From Candidatus Latescibacterota bacterium (GTDB taxonomy: Bacteria; Krumholzibacteriota; Krumholzibacteriia; WVZY01), in the NCBI GenBank assembly GCA_963791045.1, contig CAWBQK010000002.1:32001-96000 (forward strand): a stretch of DNA of 64,000 bases. The letters run 5' to 3'. Below the pieces are notes generated by a model. The model had not been told where the DNA came from, searched no databases, and saw nothing but the letters and a program-made list of their open reading frames with translations. This document shows positions 51,801 to 62,193 of the stretch, in pieces. Every line of letters begins with the position of its first letter. Position 1 is the first letter of the stretch. The position numbers and the translations under genes were made by a program.

Positions 51801-52304
51801 AAAGGCGATGCCGAGGTTGAGAAACCCGAATGCCGGATAGAGTCCCGGCTGCCGAGCTTTCTCCCCGATCGTTATGTCGAGGACCAGAACGAGCGGATGG
51901 CGATTTACAAGCGCCTCGCCCATCTCAAAGTCCCCGAAGAGGCCGACGAATTCGAGAAGGAAATCACGGATCGTTTCGGCGAGCCTCCAAGGGAAGCCAT
52001 TAATTTAATTGAGCTTACGCGCATCAAGCTCCGCGCGATGCATCTTGGCATCGGTCTCGTCCAGTTCCGGCCCGGGCGGGTCGTTGCCGAGTTTCTCCCC
52101 GAGCGATCCCTCCACCCGCATCTTTGCGCGCAACTTGTGGAAACTTTTGAGGGGCGCGTGTTGTTTAAATCGGGAGAGACGTTCGGGCTCACTTTGGCGC
52201 TCGGACCGCACGCGGATCTGCTTGCGGAAGCCAAAAAGCTGTTGCAAGTGGCTTATTTTTATGATAAAACGTACAATCCCCCAAATAGGGAACATCCATC
52301 GTAG
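48833..52304 (+). CDS. mfd: Transcription-repair coupling factor (frameshift near 51070)
   Basis: [52 protein letters not shown]. Confidence 0.95.
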
Positions 52305-52461
52305 TCTTCGCGGAGAACGAACAAACGCACAGACGACAAGCGCTCAAAAACCGGGGCCACACCAGGCGTTCGGTGGCGGGGGCTTTGCTCGTTCGCCGTT
52401 GTGGTAACGAGGCCTGTATTTAGAATAAGATTCTCTGGCATTTCGATAAGGAGCGGTAGTT

Positions 52462-54180
52462 ATGCGCGTTATAAACGGCGTATTAGCGGTGATTTTGATG
52501 TCCATGGTGACGCTCGTATCCTGCAGCAAAGAACAGGGAGAGCTCCCCGTGGCAAAGGTCGCCGACCGGGTGATCACACTTAGCGTTTATGAAAAGACAT
52601 ACTTCGCCGTCGACGACAAATTTCTTCCCGAGGATAAAGGGATTGAGGGAAGGAAAGAGTTCCTCGACACGATGATCAACAGGGACGTCATGGCGATCAA
52701 GGCCGACGAACTCGGATACGACAAAGACCCGTATGTCGTCCAGGGAATGGAAGCGTTCAAAAAGGTGAGCCTCCAGTCGGCCTATATGAAGATCATGGTG
52801 GCCGACAAGATCAATGTGACGGAAAAAGATCTCAAGGCCGGATACGAACTTTACAAAACAAACCTCCAAATCAAGCAGATCCTTGTCGATACTAAAGACG
52901 AAGCCGACGAACTCCATGCGATGCTCGATGAAGGCCAGGACTTCGAGAGTGTGTGCAAACAGTACTCCAAAGGTCCCGAGGCCCAGTCGGGCGGCAAAGT
53001 TGTCAACGCGCTGTGGGGAACGTTCGAACCGACATTCCAGGACGAACTCTTTAGTACGCCCGTTGGCGGCTACACCAAACCGCTCGACAGCCCGTATGGA
53101 TATTTCATCATCAAGGTCCTGGCGAAGAACCAGCCGAAGAGAAAATCGTACGAAGAGACCAAGCCCGATCTCGAAATACTGATCCGTCGGCAGCAGGAGA
53201 TTCGCCTGACCAACGAGATGTCGAACAAGGTCAGGGCAAAGCACAATTATGAGTACTTCGAGTCCAACATTCGTATCGTTTTCGACGCGTTGCCGATCGA
53301 CCGTCCTCTGACAAGCCCGCCGGATCGGTCCCAGGAGGTTTATCCGCTTCTCAACTTCGAATCGAGAGACCTGGACAAACCGCTGGTTTCGTATGACAAC
53401 AAGACGATCACCGTCCGTGATTTTTCGGATTTTTATGACCGCTCGTCGTTCTTCAACAGACCGCGCCGCGAGTACAGGTTCGGCGGGGTCAAGAAGTTCG
53501 TCGTCGATATCGTGATGAACGAAATCGTTCCGATCGAGATGAAAGAATCCCGGGTAGAAGAAGAACCGATGATCGCGCTGGCCCTCCAGAAGAAAAAAGA
53601 ACAGTTCATGGTCGACAAGCTCTTCCAGGATCTCATCGACAAGCAGACATCGGTTCCACCGGGAGAGCTCCGCGAATACTACGACGATAACCTCGAGCAG
53701 TTCCGGCGCGACGAAGAGCGCCGCCTGGGAATCGTGCTCGTTGGGAGCCGCGAATTGGCCCAGGAGGCGCACGGCAAGATCGTGGGCGGAGAAAACTTCG
53801 GTCGGATTTCCGGCGAGTACTCGGTTGACGAACTCACCCGTGAAGATCGTTCGGGAGCTCAATTCGTCCGAAAAGGCCAGAACCCAGACTTTGATGAACC
53901 GGGATTCGCCCTCGAGAACGTCGGCGATGTTTCCGAGCCGTTCGAAACATCACGCGGGTGGATGATCGTCAAACTCATTGAGCGCAGACCCGAGCGGATT
54001 CTCCCGTTTGACGAAGCTCGGTCCGATATCAGCCGTGTGCTCAAGACCATCAAGAACGAGGAGCGGTTGAACTCGCTGCTCGAGAAGTGGCGGTCGGAGA
54101 TCGACATCGAGATCTTCGAAGACAATTTGAAGAAAGCGAACCTGGAAGAAGAGCCCAGGAGAGCGGTCAAGTTCGTTTAA
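52462..54180 (+). CDS. Lipoprotein peptidyl-prolyl isomerase (two PpiC domains)
   Basis: Lipobox LVSC; FESVCKQYS, SPYGYFIIK, TSRGWMIVK. Confidence 0.85.
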   Translation: MRVINGVLAVILMSMVTLVSCSKEQGELPVAKVADRVITLSVYEKTYFAVDDKFLPEDKGIEGRKEFLDTMINRDVMAIKADELGYDKDPYVVQGMEAFKKVSLQSAYMKIMVADKINVTEKDLKAGYELYKTNLQIKQILVDTKDEADELHAMLDEGQDFESVCKQYSKGPEAQSGGKVVNALWGTFEPTFQDELFSTPVGGYTKPLDSPYGYFIIKVLAKNQPKRKSYEETKPDLEILIRRQQEIRLTNEMSNKVRAKHNYEYFESNIRIVFDALPIDRPLTSPPDRSQEVYPLLNFESRDLDKPLVSYDNKTITVRDFSDFYDRSSFFNRPRREYRFGGVKKFVVDIVMNEIVPIEMKESRVEEEPMIALALQKKKEQFMVDKLFQDLIDKQTSVPPGELREYYDDNLEQFRRDEERRLGIVLVGSRELAQEAHGKIVGGENFGRISGEYSVDELTREDRSGAQFVRKGQNPDFDEPGFALENVGDVSEPFETSRGWMIVKLIERRPERILPFDEARSDISRVLKTIKNEERLNSLLEKWRSEIDIEIFEDNLKKANLEEEPRRAVKFV

Positions 54181-54184
54181 CCGG

Positions 54185-55126
54185 GTGGTTGAGTTGCGGT
54201 ACAGAATAACAGGAATGGCGACAGGGGGCTTCGTGCTCCCTATCGTCGTTTTGGCGACGGGCTTTTTGTTGGGGGGCACCGTTGGGTGTGAGCGGCGGCC
54301 GCTTAGGACTGAACGGGATGATTCTCCGGTTCTGGTCACGGTCAACGGCAAAGAGCTCACCAAGCACGATTTTGATATTTTTCTTCCCGAGGACTATCAG
54401 AGCATCCTCACGCCGCAAGAACGGCGCGATTATCTCGACCGGTGGATTACAACGCAGCTTCTTTACGAAGAAGCTGTTTCGTCGGGGATGGGAGTGTCCG
54501 CCGAAATCGAGGCCAGGCTCGAACAGTACAGAATGGATCTTGCCGCCGATCAGCTGCTCCAGAAAGTGATAGAAGAAAAAGCGGTTGTGACCGACGATGA
54601 TGTTCTCGCGTACTACAATTCGCACAAAAACGAATATCTCCTGGAGTACCGGGTCAGCCATATCCTGGTCAACACTCCGGAGGACGCTGAAAAGGTCAAA
54701 TCGCTTTTGAGTTCGAAGAGTTTTACGTATCTTGTGCAAAGATACTCTGTTGATAAACACGCGCGGGCGGGCGGCGATCTGGGGTATCTTTCGAAAGGGA
54801 ACATGGTTCCCGAATTCGAAGAAATCGTATTTGGTATGAAAGTCGGGGAAATATCCGACGCCATCGAGTCCGATTTCGGGTATCACATAATAAAGATCAT
54901 GGATATTCGTGATGCCCGGGTCAAACTCGAGTTCCTGGATGTCGCCGAGGATCTTGCCAATATTCTGACGATGCGCAAGAGACAAGCCGTTTACGACAGC
55001 CTGGTGACGGCACTTCGGGCCCGCGCCGATATCGATTACAGCGCGGATGCGCCCCAGGTCGGCGATATTGATGACATCATGCCGGAGAGCGAAACCGATA
55101 CGGTGTCCGCGACACAGACCCCTTAA
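54185..55126 (+). CDS. PrsA/PpiC-type peptidyl-prolyl isomerase
   Basis: VSHILV, GGDLGY, MVPEFE, FGYHIIK. Confidence 0.88.
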   Translation: MVELRYRITGMATGGFVLPIVVLATGFLLGGTVGCERRPLRTERDDSPVLVTVNGKELTKHDFDIFLPEDYQSILTPQERRDYLDRWITTQLLYEEAVSSGMGVSAEIEARLEQYRMDLAADQLLQKVIEEKAVVTDDDVLAYYNSHKNEYLLEYRVSHILVNTPEDAEKVKSLLSSKSFTYLVQRYSVDKHARAGGDLGYLSKGNMVPEFEEIVFGMKVGEISDAIESDFGYHIIKIMDIRDARVKLEFLDVAEDLANILTMRKRQAVYDSLVTALRARADIDYSADAPQVGDIDDIMPESETDTVSATQTP

Positions 55127-55151
55127 CGCGGCCGGCAGAAGGAGACGATAC

Positions 55152-56485
55152 ATGCGCGCCCTCGCGCCACGAAATGCAAAGCCCCTCGCGATTTTCATTG
55201 TCGCGGTGTGCGTGATTGCCGGTGCGTTCTCAAGCCCCGTTCAGGCCCAGAACGATCTCGTCGACGGTGTGGTTGCCGTTGTCGAAGATGAAGTAATTCT
55301 CCAAAGCGATGTCGACCGTGCGGTGGCCCAGTATCTCCTCCAATCCGGGGCAACGAATCCCACCGAAGAACAACGGGAAGAACTTGAAAAAGAAGCTCTC
55401 AAGGAGCTGATCAGCAACAAGCTCGTCGTCGTCAAGGCCGCCGAACTCGGGATCACCGTATCGTTCTCCGAGGTCGAAAGCGCGGTCGACCGCACGCTCG
55501 AAGAAAACCGGAAGGCGATGGGGGGGAAGAGGCGTTCAGACGGCAGCTCGAAGCGGAGAACCTCACGATCGATTCCCTGAAAAAACTCTACCGCGAGCAG
55601 ATTCAAAACCGGATGCTCGTCGAGCGGGTACTCGCCGGGCAGATCGACCGGTCAGCGATTGAGATTACCGATGAAGAACTCCTGGCGGCGTATGAGGAAA
55701 AGAAGGCGCTGTTGCCGCCGCGGCCCGCCGTGGTTCATCTCGCGACCATTTTTATCGGGCTCGACTCATCGACGAGCGCGCGCATCGCGGCAAGGGATGT
55801 TATCGATGGTCTTAACCGCCGCATCCTGGCCGGTGAGGACTTCGCCGAACTCGCGAAGGAATACTCGGAAGACCCGAGCGCGGAGACCGGGGGCAGCCTG
55901 GGCAAACTCAAACTTTCCGATCTCAGCAACAGGGCGTTTGCCGATGCGGCGGCCGAATTGGGCGTCGGCGAGGTGAGCGAGCCGGTGCTCACACCTTACG
56001 GTTTTCACCTCATTAAGGTCACGGGCAAGGACGCAATCACGGAAGAGGTCGAGTTGAGCCACATCCTGATCCGGATCAAGGCCGGAGACGAGGATGTCGA
56101 CGATGTTTTCAAGGCGGCCAACGACGTTCACGCTGAGCTTGTCGCGGGCGCGCCGTTCGATTCGACGGCGATCAAGTACAGCACTGACACCAATACAGCA
56201 TCGCAGGGCGGCGACCTCGGGTGGCTGAAGGCCGAGGACCTGCCCGAATTTTTTCAGGATGTTCTTCGCGGGATGACCGATGGTGAAATCAGCCCGGTAC
56301 TCCGCGAGCCATCGGGTTTTCGGATCGTCAAGCTGATCGAACGAGAAGCATCGAGACCGTACGAATTCGAAGAGGTTCGCGACGAACTTCGCCAGCTTCT
56401 CGAACAGGAAAAGATGACGTCGATGTATGACGTTTATCTCGAAGAACTCAAAACCGAGTTTTATGTCGAGGTGCGCGACAACTAA
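55152..56485 (+). CDS. surA: SurA-like chaperone/PPIase (frameshift at the G-run near 55520)
   Basis: VDGVVAVVEDEVILQSD; two parvulin domains (FAELAKEYSED, GGDLGW). Confidence 0.82.
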
Positions 56486-56488
56486 GAC

Positions 56489-56767
56489 ATGAGAATCGAT
56501 CTGGCGTTGAAGCACCTGTGCCTGGTCAAGAGCCGTTCGAGCGTCAAACACTTTTGTGATGACGGCGCGGTTCAGGTCAATGACCTGTCGGCAAAACCCT
56601 CGGCCACCGTACGCACCGGTGACAAGATAACAATCCGTTTTCCCCACCGCACAGTCACGTTCGAGCTTCTCGATGTTCCCGAGAAACAGTTGAGCAAGTC
56701 CGTTGCCCCCACGTATTATCAGATAATCTCGGATGAAGATACGAGGTACGACGATGACGACTTCTAA
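56489..56767 (+). CDS. S4 RNA-binding protein (Hsp15/RqcP-like)
   Basis: MRIDLAL..LVKSRS..VQVND..KPSATVRTGD. Confidence 0.85.
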   Translation: MRIDLALKHLCLVKSRSSVKHFCDDGAVQVNDLSAKPSATVRTGDKITIRFPHRTVTFELLDVPEKQLSKSVAPTYYQIISDEDTRYDDDDF

Positions 56768-57887
56768 CAAAAAAACGACCAGCCCGGAACCCGCCAACGC
56801 GTCGAGGCGCGTGGGGAGACCTGTGCTTGCCGTCACAACGGGAGAACCCGGCGGAATCGGCCCCGAAATCACCGCGCGTTTTTTTGCCGGTTTTCGTCCG
56901 GGGCGATCCACGGCCCTCGTGATCGGATCGATGAAGGTCCTGGGTCCTGTTTTCACCCGCTATGGTACCGAAGTATCGGTCATCAATCCCGGCGCCCGTG
57001 GGGCGCCCGGTGGGCGCGCCGCGGCCCGGCCCAGCATAGATGATTTGGCAGCTGTGACTTCGGACGTTTTGGCCGAGCGGGGTTCCCGGCGATTCCCCGA
57101 TGTGTTAGTTCTCGACACGGCCTGCAGCGATCGCTTTTCCACGGGGCGAGATTCGCGCGGCGGCGGGCGCCACAGCGGAGTTGCGCTCGAAACGGCTTGC
57201 CGGCTGGCCTCCGATGGGGTCGCCGAAGGGATCGTCACGGCGCCATTATCCAAAAACTCTTTAAATATGGCAGGTTACAAGTTCACGGGGCACACGGAAA
57301 TGCTCGCAAAGTATTTTCGCGCGCCCGACTGCCAAATGGTCATGACGTACCGACATTTTCGTGTCGTCCCGCTTACCCGGCATGTTCCGTTGAAATCAGT
57401 GAGCCGCCAGGTCACGAAAGAGAAGATCGTCACGGCGATCCGTGTCTTGGAAGCCGCTCTGAGAGAACAGTTTGGGGTGGCTCGGCCGACTATCGCCGTC
57501 GCCGGGCTCAACCCGCACGCGGGGGACGGCGGGGTGATCGGCCGCGAGGAAATCGAGGTGATCAAACCGGCCCTCGAACGGGCGCGCCGGATGGGGTTCA
57601 GGGTCGAGGGTCCCGTCGCCGGGGATGCGCTTTTTCAGCATGCGGCGAGTGGCACGTTTGATGCCTTTATCTCGATGTACCACGACCAGGGCTTGATTCC
57701 TTTCAAAATGATTTCGAAAAGACGGGGTGTAAACGTTACAGTCGGGTTGCCCGTCATCCGGACCTCTGTCGACCACGGTGTCGCATATGACCTTGTGGAT
57801 CAAGGGGTTGCAAGCATTGACAGCCTCGCGGAGGCATACCGGTTGGCCGAGAAACTCGCCTCGAGCCGCAGGAAAGCGCCATTATGA
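56754..57887 (+). CDS. pdxA: 4-hydroxythreonine-4-phosphate dehydrogenase
   Basis: GEPGGIGPE, GHTEML, GLNPHAG, MYHDQGLIP, RTSVDHG. Confidence 0.92.
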   Translation: MTTSNKKTTSPEPANASRRVGRPVLAVTTGEPGGIGPEITARFFAGFRPGRSTALVIGSMKVLGPVFTRYGTEVSVINPGARGAPGGRAAARPSIDDLAAVTSDVLAERGSRRFPDVLVLDTACSDRFSTGRDSRGGGRHSGVALETACRLASDGVAEGIVTAPLSKNSLNMAGYKFTGHTEMLAKYFRAPDCQMVMTYRHFRVVPLTRHVPLKSVSRQVTKEKIVTAIRVLEAALREQFGVARPTIAVAGLNPHAGDGGVIGREEIEVIKPALERARRMGFRVEGPVAGDALFQHAASGTFDAFISMYHDQGLIPFKMISKRRGVNVTVGLPVIRTSVDHGVAYDLVDQGVASIDSLAEAYRLAEKLASSRRKAPL

Positions 57888-58657
57888 CGGATCCGTTGGA
57901 ACCCAGAAAAGTTATAGGTATCTACCACCTCCATAAGCTCTACGAAGACCAGCCCATCTTGAGGGACGTGAACCTCCAGGTCGGCAACGGAGAATTTGTG
58001 TTTCTCGTCGGACCCAGCGGAGCGGGCAAGAGCACCCTGCTGCGGATGATCTACATGGACGAGGCGCCGAGCGAGGGACAGGTGGTGGTCGGGTCATACG
58101 TTTCTACAAACATGAAACGCTCGCAGATTCCGTTTTTGAGACGTAAGGTGGGGATCATATTCCAGGATTTCAAGCTCCTCGAAGACCGGGATGTTTTCGA
58201 AAACGTCGCGATCGCAATGCGAGTTATCGGTGTGAAGAATGCCGAAATCAAAAAACGCGTTATCCAGGTTCTCACCCAGGTCGGTCTCTATCACAAACGC
58301 TATGACCGCCCCGTCAGACTCTCCGGCGGCGAACAACAGCGTGTTGCCATCGCCCGGGCGATCATAAACAGTCCCGAGATTCTTCTTGCCGACGAGCCTA
58401 CCGGCAATCTCGACCCCGAAGTCACAACGGAAATCCTCCAGCTGCTTCTTCGGATCAACAGCTCGGGGACCGCGGTGCTTATGGCGACGCACAACCACGA
58501 ACTTGTCAGAAGCTTCGGCCAGCGAATTGTGTTTCTGCGCGACGGCACCATCGAAGAGGATATCCGGTTGGGACTCGCCGCGTTTACCAGGGACCGAGTT
58601 GGGATTTCACAACCGGCGGGACGGAGCCGCGATTGGGAGCGGGGTGACAAGCCGTGA
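57884..58657 (+). CDS. ftsE: Cell division ATP-binding protein FtsE
   Basis: GPSGAGKST, IPFLRRKVGIIFQDFKLL. Confidence 0.92.
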   Translation: MTDPLEPRKVIGIYHLHKLYEDQPILRDVNLQVGNGEFVFLVGPSGAGKSTLLRMIYMDEAPSEGQVVVGSYVSTNMKRSQIPFLRRKVGIIFQDFKLLEDRDVFENVAIAMRVIGVKNAEIKKRVIQVLTQVGLYHKRYDRPVRLSGGEQQRVAIARAIINSPEILLADEPTGNLDPEVTTEILQLLLRINSSGTAVLMATHNHELVRSFGQRIVFLRDGTIEEDIRLGLAAFTRDRVGISQPAGRSRDWERGDKP

Positions 58658-59523
58658 GACCGCACCAGTTCTTGTATCTCGTTTCGGAATCGTTCAGCAC
58701 GCTCGGCCGTCACAAAGCGGTCACGTTTCTCTCCGTTATGATAATGAGCCTGACGCTTCTTATTCTCGCCGTGTTCCTGCTCGCCACCGACAATGTGCTC
58801 ACGTTTCTCGACCGCGCCAAAAGCGACATGACGGTGTATGTGTATCTCAAGGACGACGTGCCCGATTGGATTTTGCAGCAGCAGTACGCGCAGGTTCTCA
58901 AGATGAACGAGGTCGAGACCGTTGAGCTGATTTCAAAAGAACAGGCGATGGCCGAGTTCCGTGAAGAACTCGGGGAGGAACGCTCGATCCTCGAGGCGCT
59001 CGAGGCCAACCCGCTGCCCGCGTCGTTTCGGGTCACACTCAAGAAAGAGTTTCGGGAGAAGGAGTCGATCGAACGGTTTGTTGAGGCGATCGGTTCGATG
59101 ACAATCGTCGAGGAGATTGGTTACGGGAAAGAGTTCATCGACCAGTTTGCCACGCTGACGCGGGCGTTTTTGTACGTGGATCTTGTTCTCGGGCTTATCG
59201 TCATCCTCTCTTCGGTGTTTATTATCTCGAATACGGTGCGGCTCACAATATTGAGTCGGCGCAAGACGGTCGAGGTTCTTAAGCTCGTTGGCGCGACAAA
59301 CCGGTTTATCACGATGCCGTTCGTGATCGAGGGCGCGTTCCAGTCGGGGCTGGCCTCGCTTGTGTCGCTCGCCCTGCTTTTTGGGATTTTCCTGGTCACC
59401 CGTGGAATGATTCCCGACATCGCCTTTCTCAAGCCCGACAAGATCGCTCTCTATGTTTTGACGTGTGTTCTTCTCGGGTCGATCGGCAGCCTGGCGTCGC
59501 TTCGGCGTCACCTCAAACTTTAA
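58654..59523 (+). CDS. ftsX: Cell division permease FtsX
   Basis: ISKEQA, NPLPASF, ISNTVRL, KLVGAT..I..PF..EG. Confidence 0.92.
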   Translation: MRPHQFLYLVSESFSTLGRHKAVTFLSVMIMSLTLLILAVFLLATDNVLTFLDRAKSDMTVYVYLKDDVPDWILQQQYAQVLKMNEVETVELISKEQAMAEFREELGEERSILEALEANPLPASFRVTLKKEFREKESIERFVEAIGSMTIVEEIGYGKEFIDQFATLTRAFLYVDLVLGLIVILSSVFIISNTVRLTILSRRKTVEVLKLVGATNRFITMPFVIEGAFQSGLASLVSLALLFGIFLVTRGMIPDIAFLKPDKIALYVLTCVLLGSIGSLASLRRHLKL

Positions 59524-59563
59524 CCACCCCGCCGTGGGGGACGGATTTGTTGTGGCAAAAGGG

Positions 59564-60823
59564 ATGGAATACAAACGGTGGTGGGGATTTTCGTCGACCC
59601 GGTCGACGTTGTCGGCTTCGTCGCCGTCGATGTTGCCGTCGACTCGGTCGATGTCGATTGGGTTGAGCGTCTCGCTCGCCGTTTTTTTCTTTGTTATGCT
59701 TTGCGCCTCGCCGGCGCGCCCGCAGTCCGGGTCGCTCGACGATCGTATCCATTCCCAGAAGGGCAAGCTCCAGGACATCGAAGTCCAGATCAAAAAGCAC
59801 CGCGCCGACACCCAGCAGCTCAAGAAAAAAGAGACGGACGTTCTCAAACAGCTTTCGTATCTCGATAAGGAAATCGCCCTGGCGACGCGGTATCTTGCCG
59901 AGCTCGGCAAGAAGGAACGGCTTCTCAACCAGCAGATCGACAGTTTGCGGGCGAATATTTCGGTCGAGGGCAATGTCCTTGTTCGTCAAAAGGCGATTCT
60001 CGCCGAACGTGTCCGCCAGATGTACATGCGTGGGCCCGAGCATCAATGGGTGTTCGTACTCGGCGGAGAGGACATGTCTGACAAACTTCGCCGCTACAAA
60101 TTCATGCGGATGGTGGCCGAGCGGGATGCCCAGCTGATCCACGCAGTCGATGAACGAAAGCAGGGGCTCGAACTCGAACAAGCCGGGGTGACCGAGGCGC
60201 TCGCAGATATTGCGGCGACCAGGTCGGTCCAGGAGGCGGAAGCGGCGAAGCTTCAGAAAAACAAGCGCACGCGTGTGTCGATGCTCAACCAGATCGGCGC
60301 CGATCAAACCAAGAACCAGCAGGCGATCAACAAACTAGAAAAGTCGCAAGAGCAGCTCAAAAACTTGATCGGTCAGCTCGAGCGAAGCCGCGAGGATCCC
60401 ACGGGGCTTCCGCCCGGCGGGTTTGTAAAGCTTAAAGGGCGACTCGGCAAACCGGTTTCGGGCAAGATTATCGGATCGTTCGGTAAATCCCGCCATCCTA
60501 CCTACGGCACGGTAACCTTCAACAACGGTGTCGACATCCAGGCGGCGGACGGTTCTCCGATCCGGGCGGTGGCGGCAGGCCGGGTAGAATTTGTCGACTG
60601 GATAGACAGCTACGGGAATTGTATTATCATCAATCACGGGGGCGGGTACTACACCCTCTACGCACACGCGTCCGACATTTTCGTGCGGCCCGACCAGAAC
60701 GTGTTGGGCAACGATGTGATCGCCGAGGTCGGGGACACGGGATCCCTCCACGGTTACGCGTGTCACTTCGAAATTCGACAATCCAAACAGGCGCTGAACC
60801 CGATGGAGTGGTTCGCCAAATAG
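59564..60823 (+). CDS. envC: Murein hydrolase activator EnvC-like (coiled coil plus degenerate M23); start uncertain
   Basis: Follows ftsEX; NNGVD, YYTLYAH, CHFEIR. Confidence 0.8.
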   Translation: MEYKRWWGFSSTRSTLSASSPSMLPSTRSMSIGLSVSLAVFFFVMLCASPARPQSGSLDDRIHSQKGKLQDIEVQIKKHRADTQQLKKKETDVLKQLSYLDKEIALATRYLAELGKKERLLNQQIDSLRANISVEGNVLVRQKAILAERVRQMYMRGPEHQWVFVLGGEDMSDKLRRYKFMRMVAERDAQLIHAVDERKQGLELEQAGVTEALADIAATRSVQEAEAAKLQKNKRTRVSMLNQIGADQTKNQQAINKLEKSQEQLKNLIGQLERSREDPTGLPPGGFVKLKGRLGKPVSGKIIGSFGKSRHPTYGTVTFNNGVDIQAADGSPIRAVAAGRVEFVDWIDSYGNCIIINHGGGYYTLYAHASDIFVRPDQNVLGNDVIAEVGDTGSLHGYACHFEIRQSKQALNPMEWFAK

Positions 60824-60843
60824 TATGCGAAGGGATTCAGGAC

Positions 60844-61957
60844 GTGGGGAGTAAGAGCGGGCTGGAAGGAGCGGGGTTTCCCGTTTTAAATCTCGGGCAC
60901 GAGTCGGTCGAGTCATTCCTCTCGTCGTGTCTTGAGACGCATGTTCCCGCGCTTCTTTTCACCGGGCACGAAGGGGCGGGGAAAGAACTGACCGCCATTA
61001 ATTTTGCCCGGCGGTTGTGCTGTACCGAAGACGCGACGTGTCGCCTCGACGGCGCCCTGTGTCCGAGCTGTCAGCAGGCGCTTGCCCTCGAACACCCGGG
61101 GATTCATCTCATTTATCCCACCCCAACTCAGGGGGCGCGAGAGAAAGAAGGGGACGACGACCCCGATATCAGCAAGATCCTCGAAGAAAAACGCCAGGAC
61201 CTGTTCAGCACCCACAAATTTTCGAAAAAGGTCTCGATACGGATTGCCCGCGCCCGCGCCGTCATCCGGCGGGCGAATTCAAAACCGTTCGGCAGTTCGC
61301 ACAATGTTTTTGTGTTCGTCGATGCCCATCTGATGCGCGAAGAAGCGCAAAACGCGCTTCTCAAGCTTGTCGAAGAACCTCCCGGGCATTGTGTTCTGAT
61401 TTTCATCACGCCCAATCCCGATACAATCCTCAATACGATCCGGTCGCGCTGCCAGCAAGTCCGGTTCGCGCCGCTCGACGCCGGTGTGATCGAGAAAATT
61501 CTCGTCGGTCACTACTGATATGGAGACGGAAAACGCCGCCGGAGTGGCCGCCCTCGCCCGCGGTGACATCAACAAGGCGAAGGAGATCGCCTCGGATTTT
61601 GATGACGAGGGTCGGCGTATCGTTTTTGGAATTCTCGAACGGCTGCGGAAGTCGCCCGGAGTCATGGGCGATGGAGAGCGCGCTCGTCGTTGCCCGGAGC
61701 ACCAACCGGGACAGCGCCGCGCGGTTTCTGGACGAGCTGGCGCTCGGCATACCGCGACGTGATGACCGGCGACGAGTCGCTGTTTATCAACCGGGATCAG
61801 GCGGAGGCTTGAAGGCTCAAGTGAGGTTGGGATCAGCGAAGTTCTCCCCCGGATACTGGACAAGATCGTGGTGACCCGCGACGGGATCCTCCGCCGCAAC
61901 CTCAATATCGATGCCGCGCTCGTTGATCTCTTCCTTGATATCAAGCACTTAGGGTGA
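60844..61957 (+). CDS. holB: DNA polymerase III subunit delta' (multiple frameshifts)
   Basis: ALLFTGHEGAGK, Cys cluster, HPG, EAQNALLKLVEEPP, TIRSRCQ. Confidence 0.85.
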
Positions 61958-62010
61958 TAGAATCGTCGGACTTTCCGGGCTCGTTTACACTTAGTAATTT
62001 GCCGCTGCTA

Positions 62011-62180
62011 AGCGGGATCGACATAAGTTTCTCGCGCTTAGTTTCGCGGCGCCGAACTCGATAGCACATCGTTTCCAACTTGCCGCGCTCTAACGCAAGC
62101 AGGCGCACTCGAAACTTATGTCGGTCCCGCTCGGCCGACAACGACTACTCGGCGAAACGAAACTAATGTCAATTCCCGAT
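62011..62180. repeat. Inverted-repeat cluster upstream of metG
   Basis: 21-bp IR 62011-62031/62111-62131 (1 mismatch); third degenerate copy 62159-62180. Confidence 0.85.
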
Positions 62181-62193
62181 TGGGTAAGAAGAC

